Positions 14,348-27,555 of a stretch of 64,000 nt of DNA are shown here, one piece after another. Under the pieces are notes generated by a model, which worked only from the letters and a program-made list of their open reading frames with translations, searched no databases and had not been told where the DNA came from. The stretch's first letter is position 1, and the number at the start of each line of letters is the position of its first letter. Position numbers and translations under genes: made by a program. The DNA is from the human T2T-CHM13v2.0 reference genome, Homo sapiens, in the NCBI RefSeq assembly GCF_009914755.1, contig NC_060947.1; one strand, written 5' to 3'.

Positions 14348-16544
14348 CAGTGGCTCTCAAAGTTTTTAGTATCAAAAATTTTGACGTTTAACTCTTAAAA
14401 AGAACTCCTTTTCAGTTCTAACACTTACTGAGGATCCCAAAGAGCTCTGGTTGATATGGGTTATCCCTATTGGTATTTAATATTTACGATACAGTTGTTA
14501 TTCAAAAAATATCTACTCTTCGAAGGTAATAATAAACACATTACATACTAACATAAATAACATTATTTAAAAACATTTCCAAAACCAACACAAATTTAGT
14601 GAGAGTAGCGACACTGTTTCTACAGTTTAGCAAAATTTTTAATGTATGATATCATAGAAGACACCTAGATTCTAATATCTATATTTACATTCATTCTGTT
14701 GCAATACATTGTTTTGGTTCAAGTATACAAAGAAAATCTGGCCTCACAGAGATCTGTAGTTAGAAAAGAACTATTTTAATAGCTCTTTCAGATAATGGTA
14801 GACGTTCTTCAACAGGACACTAAAACTCAACAAGTGGTAGTTTCTTAAAGGTTAACTATGATGTGGAATCTGAAATCGTATCAATGACCTTTTTGTACTC
14901 TGCTACACTGAAATCCACTGGTCTCTCTTATACTTTCAATGAATCTTTTATCCCAGCATTATTGTATAATGCAATGTAGGTCGACTGGAAAATATTGGTT
15001 TACTGAGTTATAAAGATCTTTCAAATGTTGACACATTTCATATACAATAGCAAAAAAAATCACATTACTTACTATCTTCACCAACTTCATCAGAAATATT
15101 TTAATTACTGGGAGGTTGTCAAGCTCATGGTAGCAGATACAACTTTTCAAAAATTCTGGTTTTCCCATGAAAGATCAAATTTTACCATTTACAAAAAATA
15201 CCATGAGTTGTTTTCCTTGAAGTTTTGCTTCCTGCACTTTCTTTTTTTGTGTGTGTGATAGAAGCATCTTTTATTATAGTATTTTTGTCTTTTTTTTTCT
15301 TTTTTTTATTATTATTATACTTTAAGATTTAGGGTACATGTGCACAATGTGCAGGTTAGTTACATATGTATACATGTGCCATGCTGGTGTGCTGCACCCA
15401 TTAACTCGTCACTTAGCATTAGGTATATCTCCTAATGCTATCCCTCCCCCCAACCCCCACCCCACAACAGTCCCCAGAGTGTGATGTTCCCCTTCCTGTG
15501 TCCATGTGTTCTCATTGTTCAATTCCCATCTATGAGTGAGAACATGTGGTGTTTGGTTTTTTGTCCTTGCAATAGTTTACTGAGAATGATGATTTCCAAT
15601 TTCACCCATGTCCCTACAAAGGACATGAACTCATCATTTTTTATGGCTGTATAGTATTCCATGGTGTATATGTGCCACATTTTCTTGATCCAGTCTATCA
15701 TTGTTGGACATTTGGGTTGGTTCCAAATCTTTGCTATTGTGAATAGTGCCAGTTAGAATGTCAATCATTAAAAAGTCAGGAAACAACAGGTGCTGGAGAG
15801 GATGTGGAGAAATAGGAACACTTTTACACTGTTGGTGGGACTGTAAACTAGTTCAACCGTTGTGGAAGTCAGTGTGGCGATTCCTCAGGGATCTAGAACT
15901 AGAAATACCATTTGACCCAGCCATCCCATTACTGGGTATATACCCAAAGGACTATAAATCATGCTGCTATAAAGACACATGCACACGTATGTTTATTGTG
16001 GCTTCCTGCATTTTCAAGAAAATGTCTGCCAAACACCATAACACAAATAACCACAGTCTTGTCTGTCAGTTGTCCTTCCAAATAAAAATGATACTCCATG
16101 AAAACAGCAGCTTGTAACTCAGGCACACACGTTTTTCCTTGAGTCAACCATTGCACTTCAGCATACAACAGGCCTTTATGCATTCTTCCCATTTCATCAC
16201 ATGGAATATTAAACTAGATGTGCATTCAGGGGTCAAGATTAAATGAGATTAATATTTTTCTGCTTTATCAAGGACATTCGTAAGTGAAGCTGGCTTTTTT
16301 TTTTTAACTGCAAGTCCAGCACGTGGTGGTGAAGAATCCAGTGACAGAAGACTAGTGCAGCTGGTGCCACTGTCCTGATTTGTGCTCCAGCACCAGCTGT
16401 TTGATGCACTACTTTTGTACCACCAGTGCCAATGTCGACCAAGGCAAAGAATGTCTTAGTATTATAATTTTGACTTTGCAGATACCTGGAAAGGGTCTCA
16501 AGGCCCACTCCCAAGGTCTGTGGGAAACAGTCTGATAACCAGCG
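14348..16544 (-). mobile_element. Charlie1-like hAT DNA transposon fossil, split by an L1PA insertion
   Basis: CAGTGGCTCTCAAAGT terminus; transposase remnants LLYAEVQWLTQGK...FMEYHFYL and CQHLKDLYNSVNQYFP. Confidence 0.75.
15242..16000 (-). mobile_element. 5'-truncated L1PA with 5' inversion (junction ~15750) and short 3' transduction; 15-bp TSD GCTTCCTGCAYTTTC
   Basis: L1PA 3' UTR on minus (15290-15750), ORF2 C-terminal segment on plus (15751-16000); TSD at 15227-15241 and 16001-16015. Confidence 0.92.
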
Positions 16545-17309
16545 TACTCAATACACATTAGCTAATAATATTAATACTCGAAAACAAAAACAGGCTTTTA
16601 TAAGCTGCTACAAAGAAAGAACATTTAAAGAAACCAAGATAAAAATGACTTCATCCCTTAGACTTTGGACAAGAAGAGAGCCTGTGTCAAGGTGATTCAC
16701 AAGTTAATAGAAATGGAGTTATCACCACAATTACAGTACACAATTAGTAGAGGCAGAAGTTTTCTCTCTTAAAGCAGAGGGAAATATTCCAAAATCTAAA
16801 AAAATCAGAACCAATTTGTCAACTAAAGCCTGTGGCTACAAATATAATTACCAGAAACAATGGACTTGAAAACAGACTATTTAAAAAAGAAATTAGTGGA
16901 TTCAAACATTAACAAATGCTAAGATAATGACGACACAGGATTCATATGTAAATTAGATAACATGTACAGGTAATTTTTATCCTAAAGGATTTTCAGACTA
17001 TAAATAAAAAGTAAATTGGTGGGGGGGGGTGGTAAATGCTGTAAGCTAACTTCATTATCCTCTGTAAAACAGTTTCCTTATTTAATAAAAAAAGAGAGTA
17101 GTGGAACTAAAGAAAAGAGAAGTACCAAAATGTTTTAAATGTTGGAAAAGGGATTATTTTATGTGGTTTTTGACATAATTTAAAGGAAACTTAAAATTTT
17201 ATGTCTATTACATGAAAAATAGAAAACAAGATAAACTTACAAAAGGACCCACAAAATATAATTCATGATTCAAATACTAGGGTTAGAAAAATATACATGA
17301 GCTGAATGT

Positions 17310-17828
17310 TCTCTTATTAATTTCCTATTGCTGCCATTCAAAACTGCCACAAACCTAGTGGTTTAAAAAGCATAAACCTAGTGGTTTAAAAGGCATAACC
17401 CTTACAATTCTGGAGGTCAGAGTCCAATATGGGTCTCGCTGGGCTAAACTTGAGGTGTCAGCAGGACTATGCTACTGAAGGCTCTAGGAGAGAATGTTTC
17501 TTTGCCTTTTCTAGCTCTAGAGGCTGCCACATTCCTTAGCTCATGGCCCCTTCCTCCATCTTCAAAGTCAACAATGGAGAATGCAGTTCTTCTCATACTG
17601 AATCACTCTGACCTCCTTTTCTGTCTCCCTCTTCTATATTTAAGGGCCCTGTAATTACATTGGGCTCAGCCAGAGAATCCAGAATAATCTATTTTAAGGT
17701 CAGCTGATGAGCAAACTTAATTCCATCTGCTACCTTAATTCCCCTTTGCCATGTAACAGAACATATTCCCTGGTTCCACGGATTAGGATGTGGACATACT
17801 TGGGGGCGTCATTATTCTGCCTACCACA
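17310..17828 (-). mobile_element. MLT1-family MaLR LTR
   Basis: cttacaattctggaggtcagagtcc...attattctgcctaccaca terminus. Confidence 0.7.
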
Positions 17829-18232
17829 GCTCTGTAAAAAGAAAGGTTGCTTCCTAGATTAAGAAAGTAAACCTGTTACATTCAAGAGTTACGCTTGGAA
17901 CCAAAGTCAAAAGTCGAACCAACTATCAGAAATCAGATGACAGAGGTTTAGCACGCCTGGATGAAGACAAGAGCAACAATTTACTATCTTTAAAATTAGA
18001 TAAATTAGATTTCAAAGCCGAAAGTATTAAAATGCTAAAAGGACTAATAAGGAAAACCTAAATAACAAAAACCTAACATGACCATGGAATATGGAAATAA
18101 TTTTACAATTTTTCTTTTTTAAGGATACACAGAAATATTTTAATTGTGGGCTTCCTCATGCTACTCTTAAATCATGACAGATAAAACAGACAAAGTTCCT
18201 AAGGAAAATACGGAAATGAACACAAGAGTAGA

Positions 18233-18336
18233 TTTAAAAAACAGCAAGGTTATATGAAGAGAATTAAGTAGCAGAACGAGAAAATTTAAAAAACAGCAAG
18301 CTTATATGAAGATAATTACGTAGCAGAACAAGAAAA
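18233..18336. repeat. 52-bp tandem duplication (2 copies, 4 mismatches)
   Basis: tttaaaaaacagcaagSttatatgaagaKaattaMgtagcagaacRagaaaa occurs twice in tandem. Confidence 0.85.
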
Positions 18337-18664
18337 CATACTTGCTTTACATATATATAGTTTTTCCAGGGAGAAAAAAAGGATCATGGGGCAGCAATAC
18401 ACAATAAACACACATCTAATTTACAATTGTTAAAAATATTTGAGTGCCTGAAATGTGTGAGATACATAAAAAGGAGCAACAATGCGTTCGCTCAAGATGC
18501 TCAGACTAATAGGAACAGAGGGAGATGATGTATCAACAAGTAACTACATATGGTAAACTAGGGGACTTGGAAGATTAATTTCCCTGAGAGAGATGGGAAG
18601 AGAAGTGGAATCTGGGCAACAAGTTGGGAATAAGGAATTCCAGACAAAGGGAATAAGATGTTTT

Positions 18665-18980
18665 CCAATTTTTTAAAAATTATTTTTATTTATTATGGAT
18701 ACAAAACAGTTGTGCCTATTTATGGGGTACACGTGATACTGTGATGCAAGCATACAATGTGTAATGATCAAATCAGAGTAACTGGGATATCCATCACCTC
18801 AAGCACTGATCACTTACTTGTGTTAGGCACATTTCAATTCCACTCTTTTAGTTATTTGCAAATATACATTATTAACTATATTTGCCCTCTTGTGCTACCA
18901 AACACTAGATTTATTATTTCTATCTAACTGTATTATTGTACCCATTGCTCATCCCCTCTTTATCCTCCCCTCTCCAATTC
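18665..18980 (-). mobile_element. L1MA-type 3' end fragment
   Basis: tttatggggtacacgtgatac...gggatatccatcacctcaagc 3' UTR motif, also seen at ~57410-57500. Confidence 0.7.
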
Positions 18981-21900
18981 CAGCAGACTGGAACACACAG
19001 AATACTTTCTATAAATCGTGGTGGGTAGGGTGCTGCAGAGACAGGAGAAAGGGTACTGGGGGGAATAAGCCAGAAGTTGGCTGTGGTAACATGGTAGGGG
19101 AATGTGAATATCAAGGTAAAGTCCTTGGAATTTATTAATAGGTAATATGGGGCCACTGCAGATTTTCTCAACAAGAGTGACAGAAGATACATATGAGTGT
19201 GTAAGGTAGATTGTAATCAGTAGAGACCAGAGGTAGACATTTTATACAATTCATAAAAACACTGACAAAAAATGGATCATTTTCAATACTGATTTGTTAA
19301 GCAGTTTAGTAGAGTTACTAAAATACAATTGAAACATAAAAATACCTGGGCAGCTGCCAAAACAAAACTCAAGAGAAAATGTGTTCATTTAAAATGTTTA
19401 AGTAAAAGTAGAAAACAAAGAAAAAAAAAAAGAGGCAAAAGAAAACTAGTAAACTGAGTTTCTAAGAAATTTGGGGAAAAAGCCAAAACATGAAAATAAT
19501 AAAACTAAAAGTAGAAATATAGATATAAAAATGAAACTGATCAGTAATCCCAACAGCTAGCTTTTTAAAAAAATTAAACTACAAAGTTGATCAAGTAAAA
19601 CAAAGTAATACAATCAGTAAGTTCAAAAGATGTAATTCATACACACTCCTAGTTGGGGAAAGAAAGAATAGTATCTTAACTATATCAATATATTTGCAAG
19701 CAAAGTCTAAAAGGTGACTGCATAGCCAAAAGGAAATATCAAGCCTGATTTGCAAAAGAATACACAATAATATGCAATAATACAGTGATAAGAAAATGTA
19801 TTTACAAAAATAACTTATGGTCATAGCCTAAACTACTTTGAGTTACTTTTCAAGAAACATTCAGACCAGATTCCAAGTATAAAAATAGACTGCTTAATTC
19901 TCCACAAACCTGGGAGAAATGGGAGGTTCTGGTTTAACATTAATCACTACTTCTTAAAATTCACTTTTCCAGTTACACCTTTAGAATGGATTTATTCCAC
20001 TCTCATTTGAATCTGTAGTGTTAGTATACGATGAATCACTAAGTAGTGCTACCTGGGCCAAAGCTAGTATCCTCTCTGAAATTTACATGGAGCTTTCTGC
20101 TCAGGCTCAAATTCCCTCTCTCCACTTTGCAGGGTTGGGAGAATAGGGAGGGAGAAAAGGAAGAAGGGAGGGAGAGAGAGAATATACTTAGCAAAGGAAT
20201 GATGACTCTGAATGTAAAAGTTCTAGTATCTGTTTTCTGCATATCATAAGAATGCAGCTGGACTCTTTTTAGACCTATCAGTTTTTTTCCAGTGGAAGCT
20301 GCTGGCTTCACTGGAGCACATACACGCGCATTAACACATGCCTGCATGCACGTACACACGCACAAGCACATACACACACACAAACTTTGGATGGCACATC
20401 CCAGTCTAAAGCTTGACAGAATGGCTCCAAATGACAACCTGACATACTCACAAACTATCAAGGGAACTGCCCCTCTTACACCTTATTAACCAAATTTAAA
20501 GTCTTTTAGTGGAGACTTTAGCTGGTTTTATTAAGATAAAAAATGTTTAAGAGCATTTAACCAGTAGATACAAAAAAGCACAAAAGCCAAATAAAAGCAG
20601 AGCCCAGGCCAGTAGGAAGATCTGCATTTAAGTTCCTCAACTGCCATTCATCAGCGGTGTGGTCTTGGGTGAGTTATTTTCCCCCAGGTCTGTCTCCTCA
20701 TCTGATTCCTCATATACTGATTCATTAAGACAAGGGTATGTGAAAGCACTGTGTAAATGATACATTTTACCCATTCTAGCTTTAGCAGTATTATGAAAGA
20801 CAAAAGTTCTGCCACATTGTAGGTAATAATCTCATTTAGCAATCATTGTTGTCACTATTAGGTTGGAGCTGACAAAGTATGAGTCTCCACTTATAAAGCA
20901 TCTATCTCCAGAGTTCGAGGCTTTTGTCTTAAATTCCAGTCATCTTGTACAGGCATGACATATCAGGCAAAATGATTAGAAAACTCAAGCTCCATATTAA
21001 AAAGCTTAACTTCTGGAGTCCTAGGAAACTATCTAAAACTCCTTCAATCCACGGTCTCTCCTGTACAACAAAGACTTCCCAGTGGTAGATGTCTATTTGT
21101 ACCCAACATCCACTCATTCAGCACGTAATTCAGCACCTCCAAATCCTGGCCCTCAAAGAACACAGCTAAGAACAATGTGTGTGTAATTATCAAGTAATAG
21201 GAATGATACTTTTAAAACTGGAAATTATACATTCAAATGAGATTTCTCTCCTTTAACCAGTCCCCTTGGGAGGCAATGCAGTAATTCCAATGGTACTTCA
21301 TTACTCAAATCATCTTTGAAGCTTTCTTCTTGGAAGCACCTTGAGAACCTGCAGTCTGATCTTCTGACTATCCCAAATGGTGCTAAATTTTCACTGAGGG
21401 TGGATTCAAATTTTGGAAATGGCAAACAGTCAGTCAGAGCCAAGGTTAGTGAATAAGATGTGTGATCAAACTAGGTGGAACTATTTTGGTTGAAAATGAT
21501 AGATGATCATAAAGCAATGAGATGGATCTTCTTATGTGATATGTAAACTGACTTTAAAGGGAATTCCAGATGAGTAACAAGGAGTATGAACAATGGAATA
21601 GGTGTATACATTCTCTTTCCCCAAGTAACCTCTTTGAATAACAACACTCATTTGGATGTATAAGCGCCACTAACAGGTTTGTTTTGTTTAATCACTTACA
21701 ATTTGTAAATAGAGGGTTCCTTAGCATACTGGATCTACAATGTCATGGAGGAAAGGAGTTGTCACTTAACTAGAACTATGGCATGGCACGCAGGAAAGAG
21801 CACAGGCTTCATGAGACTGACGTGGATTCGAATGTTGACTTAGATTCTTCCTGCCTATGCAACTTCAGGGAAGTCACAAGCTGTCAAGACTTTAAAATAA

Positions 21901-22317
21901 GGCTGATACCTAATTTTGCAGGGTTGTTGTAAAGATCATGGATAATGGATGCAAAGCCCCTACATTGGGCCTGGCATGTGGTGGGTACTCAAGAAGTCAC
22001 AGCTATTATTAACAGCAACATCAGTAAAATCAAGACCATTTTCTGACTGTAGGTGGCTTGAGAGGACAGAACAACAGATAAGCAGTCACTTGAGTGGTAA
22101 GTAGTTCATTGACAGTACTGACAGTACACTCGTGCATTAGATACTGCTTTCTTAAAAACAATAACCTGTAAAAACTATTTGCAGTAACTATGTATTTTTA
22201 ATTCATACGACACATATCATCTGCAGTGCTCATACCACATGGACCTCTTCACTACCTGAACATACCAGGCACTATCATGACCCCATGCCTTTGTGTACTT
22301 TGTCCCTTCTGAGATAC

Positions 22318-23308
22318 TGAAAGGGGCCAGCCCCTCCACACCTGTGGGTATTTCTCGTCAGGTGGGACGAGACTGAGAAAAGAAATAAGACACAGAAACA
22401 AAGTATAGAGAAAGAACAGTGGGCCCAGGGGACCGGCACTCAGCATACGGAGGACCCGCACCAGCGCTAGCCTCTGAGTTACCTCAGTATTTACTGATCA
22501 TTATTTTTACTATCTTAGCGAGGGGAGTGTAGCAGGGCAACAGGTGGGGAGAAGGTCAGCAGGGAAACGTGAGCAAAGGAATCTGTATCATGAATAAGTT
22601 CAAGGAAAGGTACTGTGCCTGGATGTGCACGCAGGCTAGATTTATGTTTCTCTTTACCCAAACAACTCAGTGTAGCAAAGAGTAACAGAGCAGTATTGCT
22701 GCCAGCATACTTCGCCTCCAGCCACAGGGTGGTTTTCTCCTATCTCAGAATAGAACGAATGGGAATGGTCAGCTTTACACAGAGACATTCCATTCCCAGG
22801 GATGAGCAGGAGACAGAAGCCTTCCTCTTATCTCAACTGCAAAGAGGCCCCGCTCTTTCACTACTCCTCCTCAGCACAGACACTTTACGGGTGTCGGGCT
22901 GGGGGGTGGTAAGGTCTTTCCTTTCCCACAAGGCCATATCTCAGGCTGTCTCAGTGGGGGGAAACCTTGGACAATACCCAGGCTTTCTTGGGCAGATGTC
23001 CCTGCGGCCTTCCGCAGTGCACTGTGTCCCTGGTTAATCGAGAATGGAGAATGGCGATGACTTTTACCAAGCATACTGCCTGCAAACATATTGTTAACAA
23101 GGTACATCCTGCACAGCCCTAAATCCATTAAACCTTGATTCATTACAGCACAGGTTTCTGTGAGCACAGGGTTGGGACTAAAGTTACAGGTTAACAGCAT
23201 CTCAAAGCAGAAACAATTTTTCTTAGTACAGATCAAAATGGAGTTTCTTATGTCTTCCTTTTCTACATAGACACAGTAACAATCTGATCTCTCTCTCTCT
23301 TCCTCACA
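22318..23308 (-). mobile_element. HERV-K(HML-2) solo LTR (LTR5A/LTR5B-like), 991 bp, sense to TMEM185A in intron 1
   Basis: Minus strand begins TGTGAGGAAGAGAGAGAGAGATCAGATTGTTACTGTGTCTATGTAGAAAAGG; TG...CA termini; 6-bp TSD AGATAC/AGGTAC. Confidence 0.92.
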
Positions 23309-26300
23309 AGGTACCCTTCCTACTCTCTGGTCTGATGACAACCCTACAATTCTAGCTCAAAAGTCTGGCTCAAAAGACTAGCTCAATTCAAAATCTAGCT
23401 CAAAAGTCATTTCCACTATAGACTCTTCCCTGCCTGCTCGAGACAGAATTAGTAGCTCTGCCATTTGTACTTCTAAGACATTTGGTTTCTTTCACTGTAA
23501 TGCCTCATACTCTATTGAATTCTTATTTCCCTTTCATTTCTGCTTCTTCCACTAGGCTTACGCATTGAGAGGAGGACTATATTCCTTTATTTTTGTACTT
23601 AGAGCACCTAGTACATCACTTGGCACGAGATAGGAATCTAGATGTTTGAGGAATCAATGTTATAATATACTTTGCAAATAACTGTTAGAGGCCAGGTAGC
23701 TGACTTTAGTGAACTATATTACCAGCAATCGCATTCCTTTTTCCTGCTTCAAACAAGAGACAAGATAACTTATATGGACTCCAGAATGTCTTCTGAAGAT
23801 GGAGCATACAGAAGTCTCCAAACACTACTGATCTCATCAGTACCCCATGCCCACAAGTTGGAACCCCCAGAGCAACACTTCTCAGCCTTTGTTCCAGTCT
23901 AGCACACCTGAGGGATACACCACACTCCCATCAGGAGCTCACAACAGATGACTAAGAAGGCCCAGCAGAGTTTTCACAGCCTTCCAGTGCCACATGGCTA
24001 CCAGGGTGGAAGGGCCTTCTCTGAACCAGCAACTCCCCCAAAGTAGCAGAAAATTTCAAGGCTCCATGGTGAGTGCCGGGAGCCCACCTAATGCTACCTA
24101 CTACCAGATCCCTACCACCTACAATGCCTCAGAATCAGTTTGCCTACTCTAAGAACAGGGCTCTTTCACTGTTAGGAAGCCTCAGGCATTCAAGGAAGGA
24201 CTTGTTTGTGGGTCCGGTACATCTGTTTCGGCATGTCTTAACCTGCATAACTAAAAAGCAATTATGAAAAGAAGTTCATGATCAACCAGTTCAGTGCCAG
24301 ATGGAAATAGGTAGAGTGGGTCAGCTGGCAGCCCTGTACATCTGAGTGTTGACACTTGTGAATCATTCTCTGTCACTATAGTTTCCAGAGCATTGCCAAC
24401 GCAGCAGTGGGTTCAGACTTACCAAGATCCAAAAGGCTGGAAAGGGGATCTGGAGCCATGACCCATGCCTTGGGACCCACCAAACCATGACAGTGACTAT
24501 TTCTATGACAAAGACATGCTCTTCAAAGTAAATATAGCCATATTCTGCCTTAGTGCCATGTTCTCTCCCATCTCTCCAAAGCAATGGCTGCACTCTGAAG
24601 GTGGGAAGAGTGTGAGAAGAAAGAGAACCAGGCCACAGACCACCAGGAAAGCAGTGATTGAAAGCAGCAGCTCTAGATTTATCTTATAGGCTCTGGAGAG
24701 TTATTCAGTTATTTACTCCACAAATATTTATTGAGCCAGGTACTATTCCAAGTATGCAGGCTACGATACTGACACAGTCACGGCCTTGACCCCATGGAGC
24801 TTAAAGTTTAGTGGGGGAGGCAGGTATTAATCAAATAAGCATCCAGACAGACACAAGGGTACAAATATGCACTATGATGGAGGAGTAGTAAATACTACAG
24901 GAACTGTAGAAACAGGGAGCAGTAAATCTGGTCAGGGAAGTCAGGAATGCTTCCCTTAGCAAGTGCCAAGTGAGGATAAATAGGAGTTCACTAGGTCTGG
25001 AGGAGAGGAAAAGAGAGGGAAACATTCCTGGTAAAGAGAACAGTGTGTGACAAGGTCCTGGGGTAGGAGGGAGATGTTGAATTGGTTCAAAAATAGAGGC
25101 AGGGAGCAAAGCAGTAGCATCAAGGTTTGAGTCCCCAGCATAAGGTAACTTCCTGTGTACACCCCTCAGTTTTCTTTCTCCTATAGAGAAGGCCTTCCTC
25201 AGCATGGAAGGAGACTAAAGCACACTGTCAAAAACTAGGAGTGCTCAGGAGAGGTGAAACACTACCAGCTAAAAAAACAAATCTGATTTACCAATAATAC
25301 CTGGCCAATGTCCTCTTGAAATATCTGTAAAATTAAGGAACTCACTACCTCTGGCAACAATGAATCAGGAAAATGGCACAGTATAAAAGACCTTTAAACT
25401 TTTCAGGTAGAAATACATTTTAATGCAGGTAGAATTAAGAGATTGATGAATATGTTGAGAATTACTATAAATCTGCTTAGATACCAGGTATTTCACTGTA
25501 ATTTCATATACTAATTTTTTTGGGGGGAAAAGGGCTAAAGGAAAAAACGGTTAAAGGTAGTATCAGTGCAGCACTATTTTGCTTTGGCAACTCCGTTAGC
25601 CTGTTTGATCACTTAAGGCAGTTTCTTGAGGCTTCTGAATTCTCTGTCACCTTGCAAACAAGTCACTGTAGCTTTCTATTTGTAAGGCACTTTGTAATCA
25701 ATCCTTAATTGGCCTCCCTACCCCACTGAGAGATTATACTCATTCTACAGATAAAACAATAGATAAGTGAGTTGCCCAAGGGCACAAAACAATTCAGTTT
25801 TTACTTAACTTTCTTATCACCATCTCCAAATAGAAGACATACAGGGCTTGTCCAGCCACAGCACCAACCCTACTACCCTGCAGACCAATCTTAACCCCCT
25901 GATGCAGCAGAGGAAGGGACTGCAGTTAGTTCTGTTACCTCCTCTATGCCTTCGAAGCCAACAATGATAATGTCTGCACCGTGTTAGAGACACTGGCACT
26001 CCTAACCAGAACATGAACTCAAAGTGGAATAAGAGCACATACAAAGTCACAATGACTCACAAGTTAAAATGTCACCATCCCTAGGGAGACTGCACCCTCA
26101 ACATACAAATACTCCCCTAAAACTTCCTTTCATCCTCAACAAGCAGCCAAGGCATAGGTCCCCAGAGTTGGCCCCCCCGCAGTACAGCACTGCACAGTAC
26201 TGTAAGGCATCTTAAGTGTACAAGCCCTTCTTCACCCCATGCTGAGACCGCCAGCATCTAAAGCACCTAGCATAGGTTACAGCACACAAATATTTACTGA

Positions 26301-27343
26301 GCACGTCTTCCCAACTGGCAAATAAGGGAAACGGATACTCCTTTCGGAGAGTAGTGCATTTAAGAGATCAGTTAGGCCAACTCCTCATTTTACAGAAGGG
26401 CCAAAGAAGGGCAGAGAATCACCCAGTTACATATGGCCTCGTCTCCAATCCAAGTCTTTGGGCTCAGTTTAGTTCCACAAACATTTTATATGTGCCTACT
26501 ATGTGCCAGATACGGTGGGTGGGAGGCGCTGGGGACACTGAGATGAGCAGGAGATGGTCTCAGCTTCAGGGAGCTCACAGCCTGGGGTAAAGAACAGTTA
26601 CAAAACAGTCGGGCAAGTGCAAGGACAGGCGCTTGAGTGCTTAGCCAGTGTTTTCTCCACACTGTCCACTGGGTGTTCCCCATCTGGAAAAGAAGGACAG
26701 CAATATCTACTTCCTGCAAATAAACTTGTAGTGAAGACTGATGAGAAAATGAGTATGGAAAATGATCAGGCTCACCCAGAAATGCATTATATAAGGTATT
26801 GCCATACCCCGACACTGACTCCAAGGATTCAACAGTGTTTCAGGTATCCGTTCAACAAAGAAGCAAACAAGAGAGGGATGGGCATAAACCCAAGGAAAAC
26901 CCCAAGGACTGCGAGGAACTGGAGGAAACAGCTGGGGTGGGGGTAGGGGTGTTGGGTCGAGTGAGACGGCCCTGACGCGGAGAATGGAGGGCCCGCAGCG
27001 GCGCAGAAGAGGATGGAACCGAGACGAAGAAGTTGGGACACCAATGAGGGACAGCAAGCAGAAAAGAATGGGGTTCCCTTGGGGCAGGACGGGGCTCGCG
27101 GCCGGGCCCTTCCGGCCGTGGCCGGGCAGGGGCTGAAAGCACCGGGCACGGGAGGAGGAAGCGGGCGGGCGCCGAGGCCGACTGTTTTGCCTGGGGACCG
27201 CTTGCACCCGCAGGGAGGCTCGGGCAGGCGCCCGGGTCCTCGGGCTGCAGCATCTCGCCCGCCGTGCCTCCCCGGAGCCGAACACCAGCCCGCGCCCGAG
27301 CCCGCAGCGCGGACTCCCGGGGGCGCCAACGACGCCGCCTCAC

Positions 27344-27381
27344 CTCGGGTTGAAGTCCTGGAAGAGGCCCCTCAGGTTCAT
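27344..27381 (-). CDS. TMEM185A: TMEM185A coding exon 1 (MNLRGLFQDFNP + 2 nt)
   Basis: Minus strand TCCGCC-ATG AAC CTG AGG GGC CTC TTC CAG GAC TTC AAC CCG AG|GTGAG; matches the remembered TMEM185A N-terminus; donor GT at 27343-27342; 38 nt. Confidence 0.96.
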
Positions 27382-27447
27382 GGCGGAGAACTTCACCGCG
27401 GCGTCCTCCTCCTCCTCCCCCGCACCCCGTGCTGCACAGCCTGCGCC

Positions 27448-27462
27448 TTACAGCGGGTTCAT
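27448..27462 (-). other. Short uORF ATG AAC CCG CTG TAA (MNPL*) in the TMEM185A 5' leader
   Basis: GGCGCC-ATG context; 81 nt upstream of the main ATG and in frame with it. Confidence 0.7.
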
Positions 27463-27519
27463 GGCGCCAGCGCCAGCCGCGTCCACGCTGCTGCTCCCGC
27501 TACTGCTGCCGTCCCCGCT

Positions 27520-27555
27520 GCCGTCGCCGTCGCCGTCGCCGCCGCCGCCGCCGCC
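27520..27555. repeat. FRAXF-type compound repeat (GCCGTC)3(GCC)6 in the TMEM185A 5' region, unexpanded allele
   Basis: gccgtc x3 (27520-27537) then gcc x6 (27538-27555); FRAXF is established as a (GCCGTC)n(GCC)n repeat at FAM11A/TMEM185A. Confidence 0.92.

Noticed and set aside
17351-17398. Short tandem duplication (aaacctagtggtttaaaa.gcat x2); similar ctagctcaaaag repeats at ~23351-23408
   Set aside because: Ordinary slippage duplications within old repeats
20315-20382. Alternating purine-pyrimidine (CA/CG) tract, possible Z-DNA
   Set aside because: Interrupted, ordinary decayed microsatellite
25817-26050. 77-aa minus-strand ORF in TMEM185A intron 1 as a possible alternative exon
   Set aside because: No homology recognised, and I could not support a splice-site pair from sequence alone
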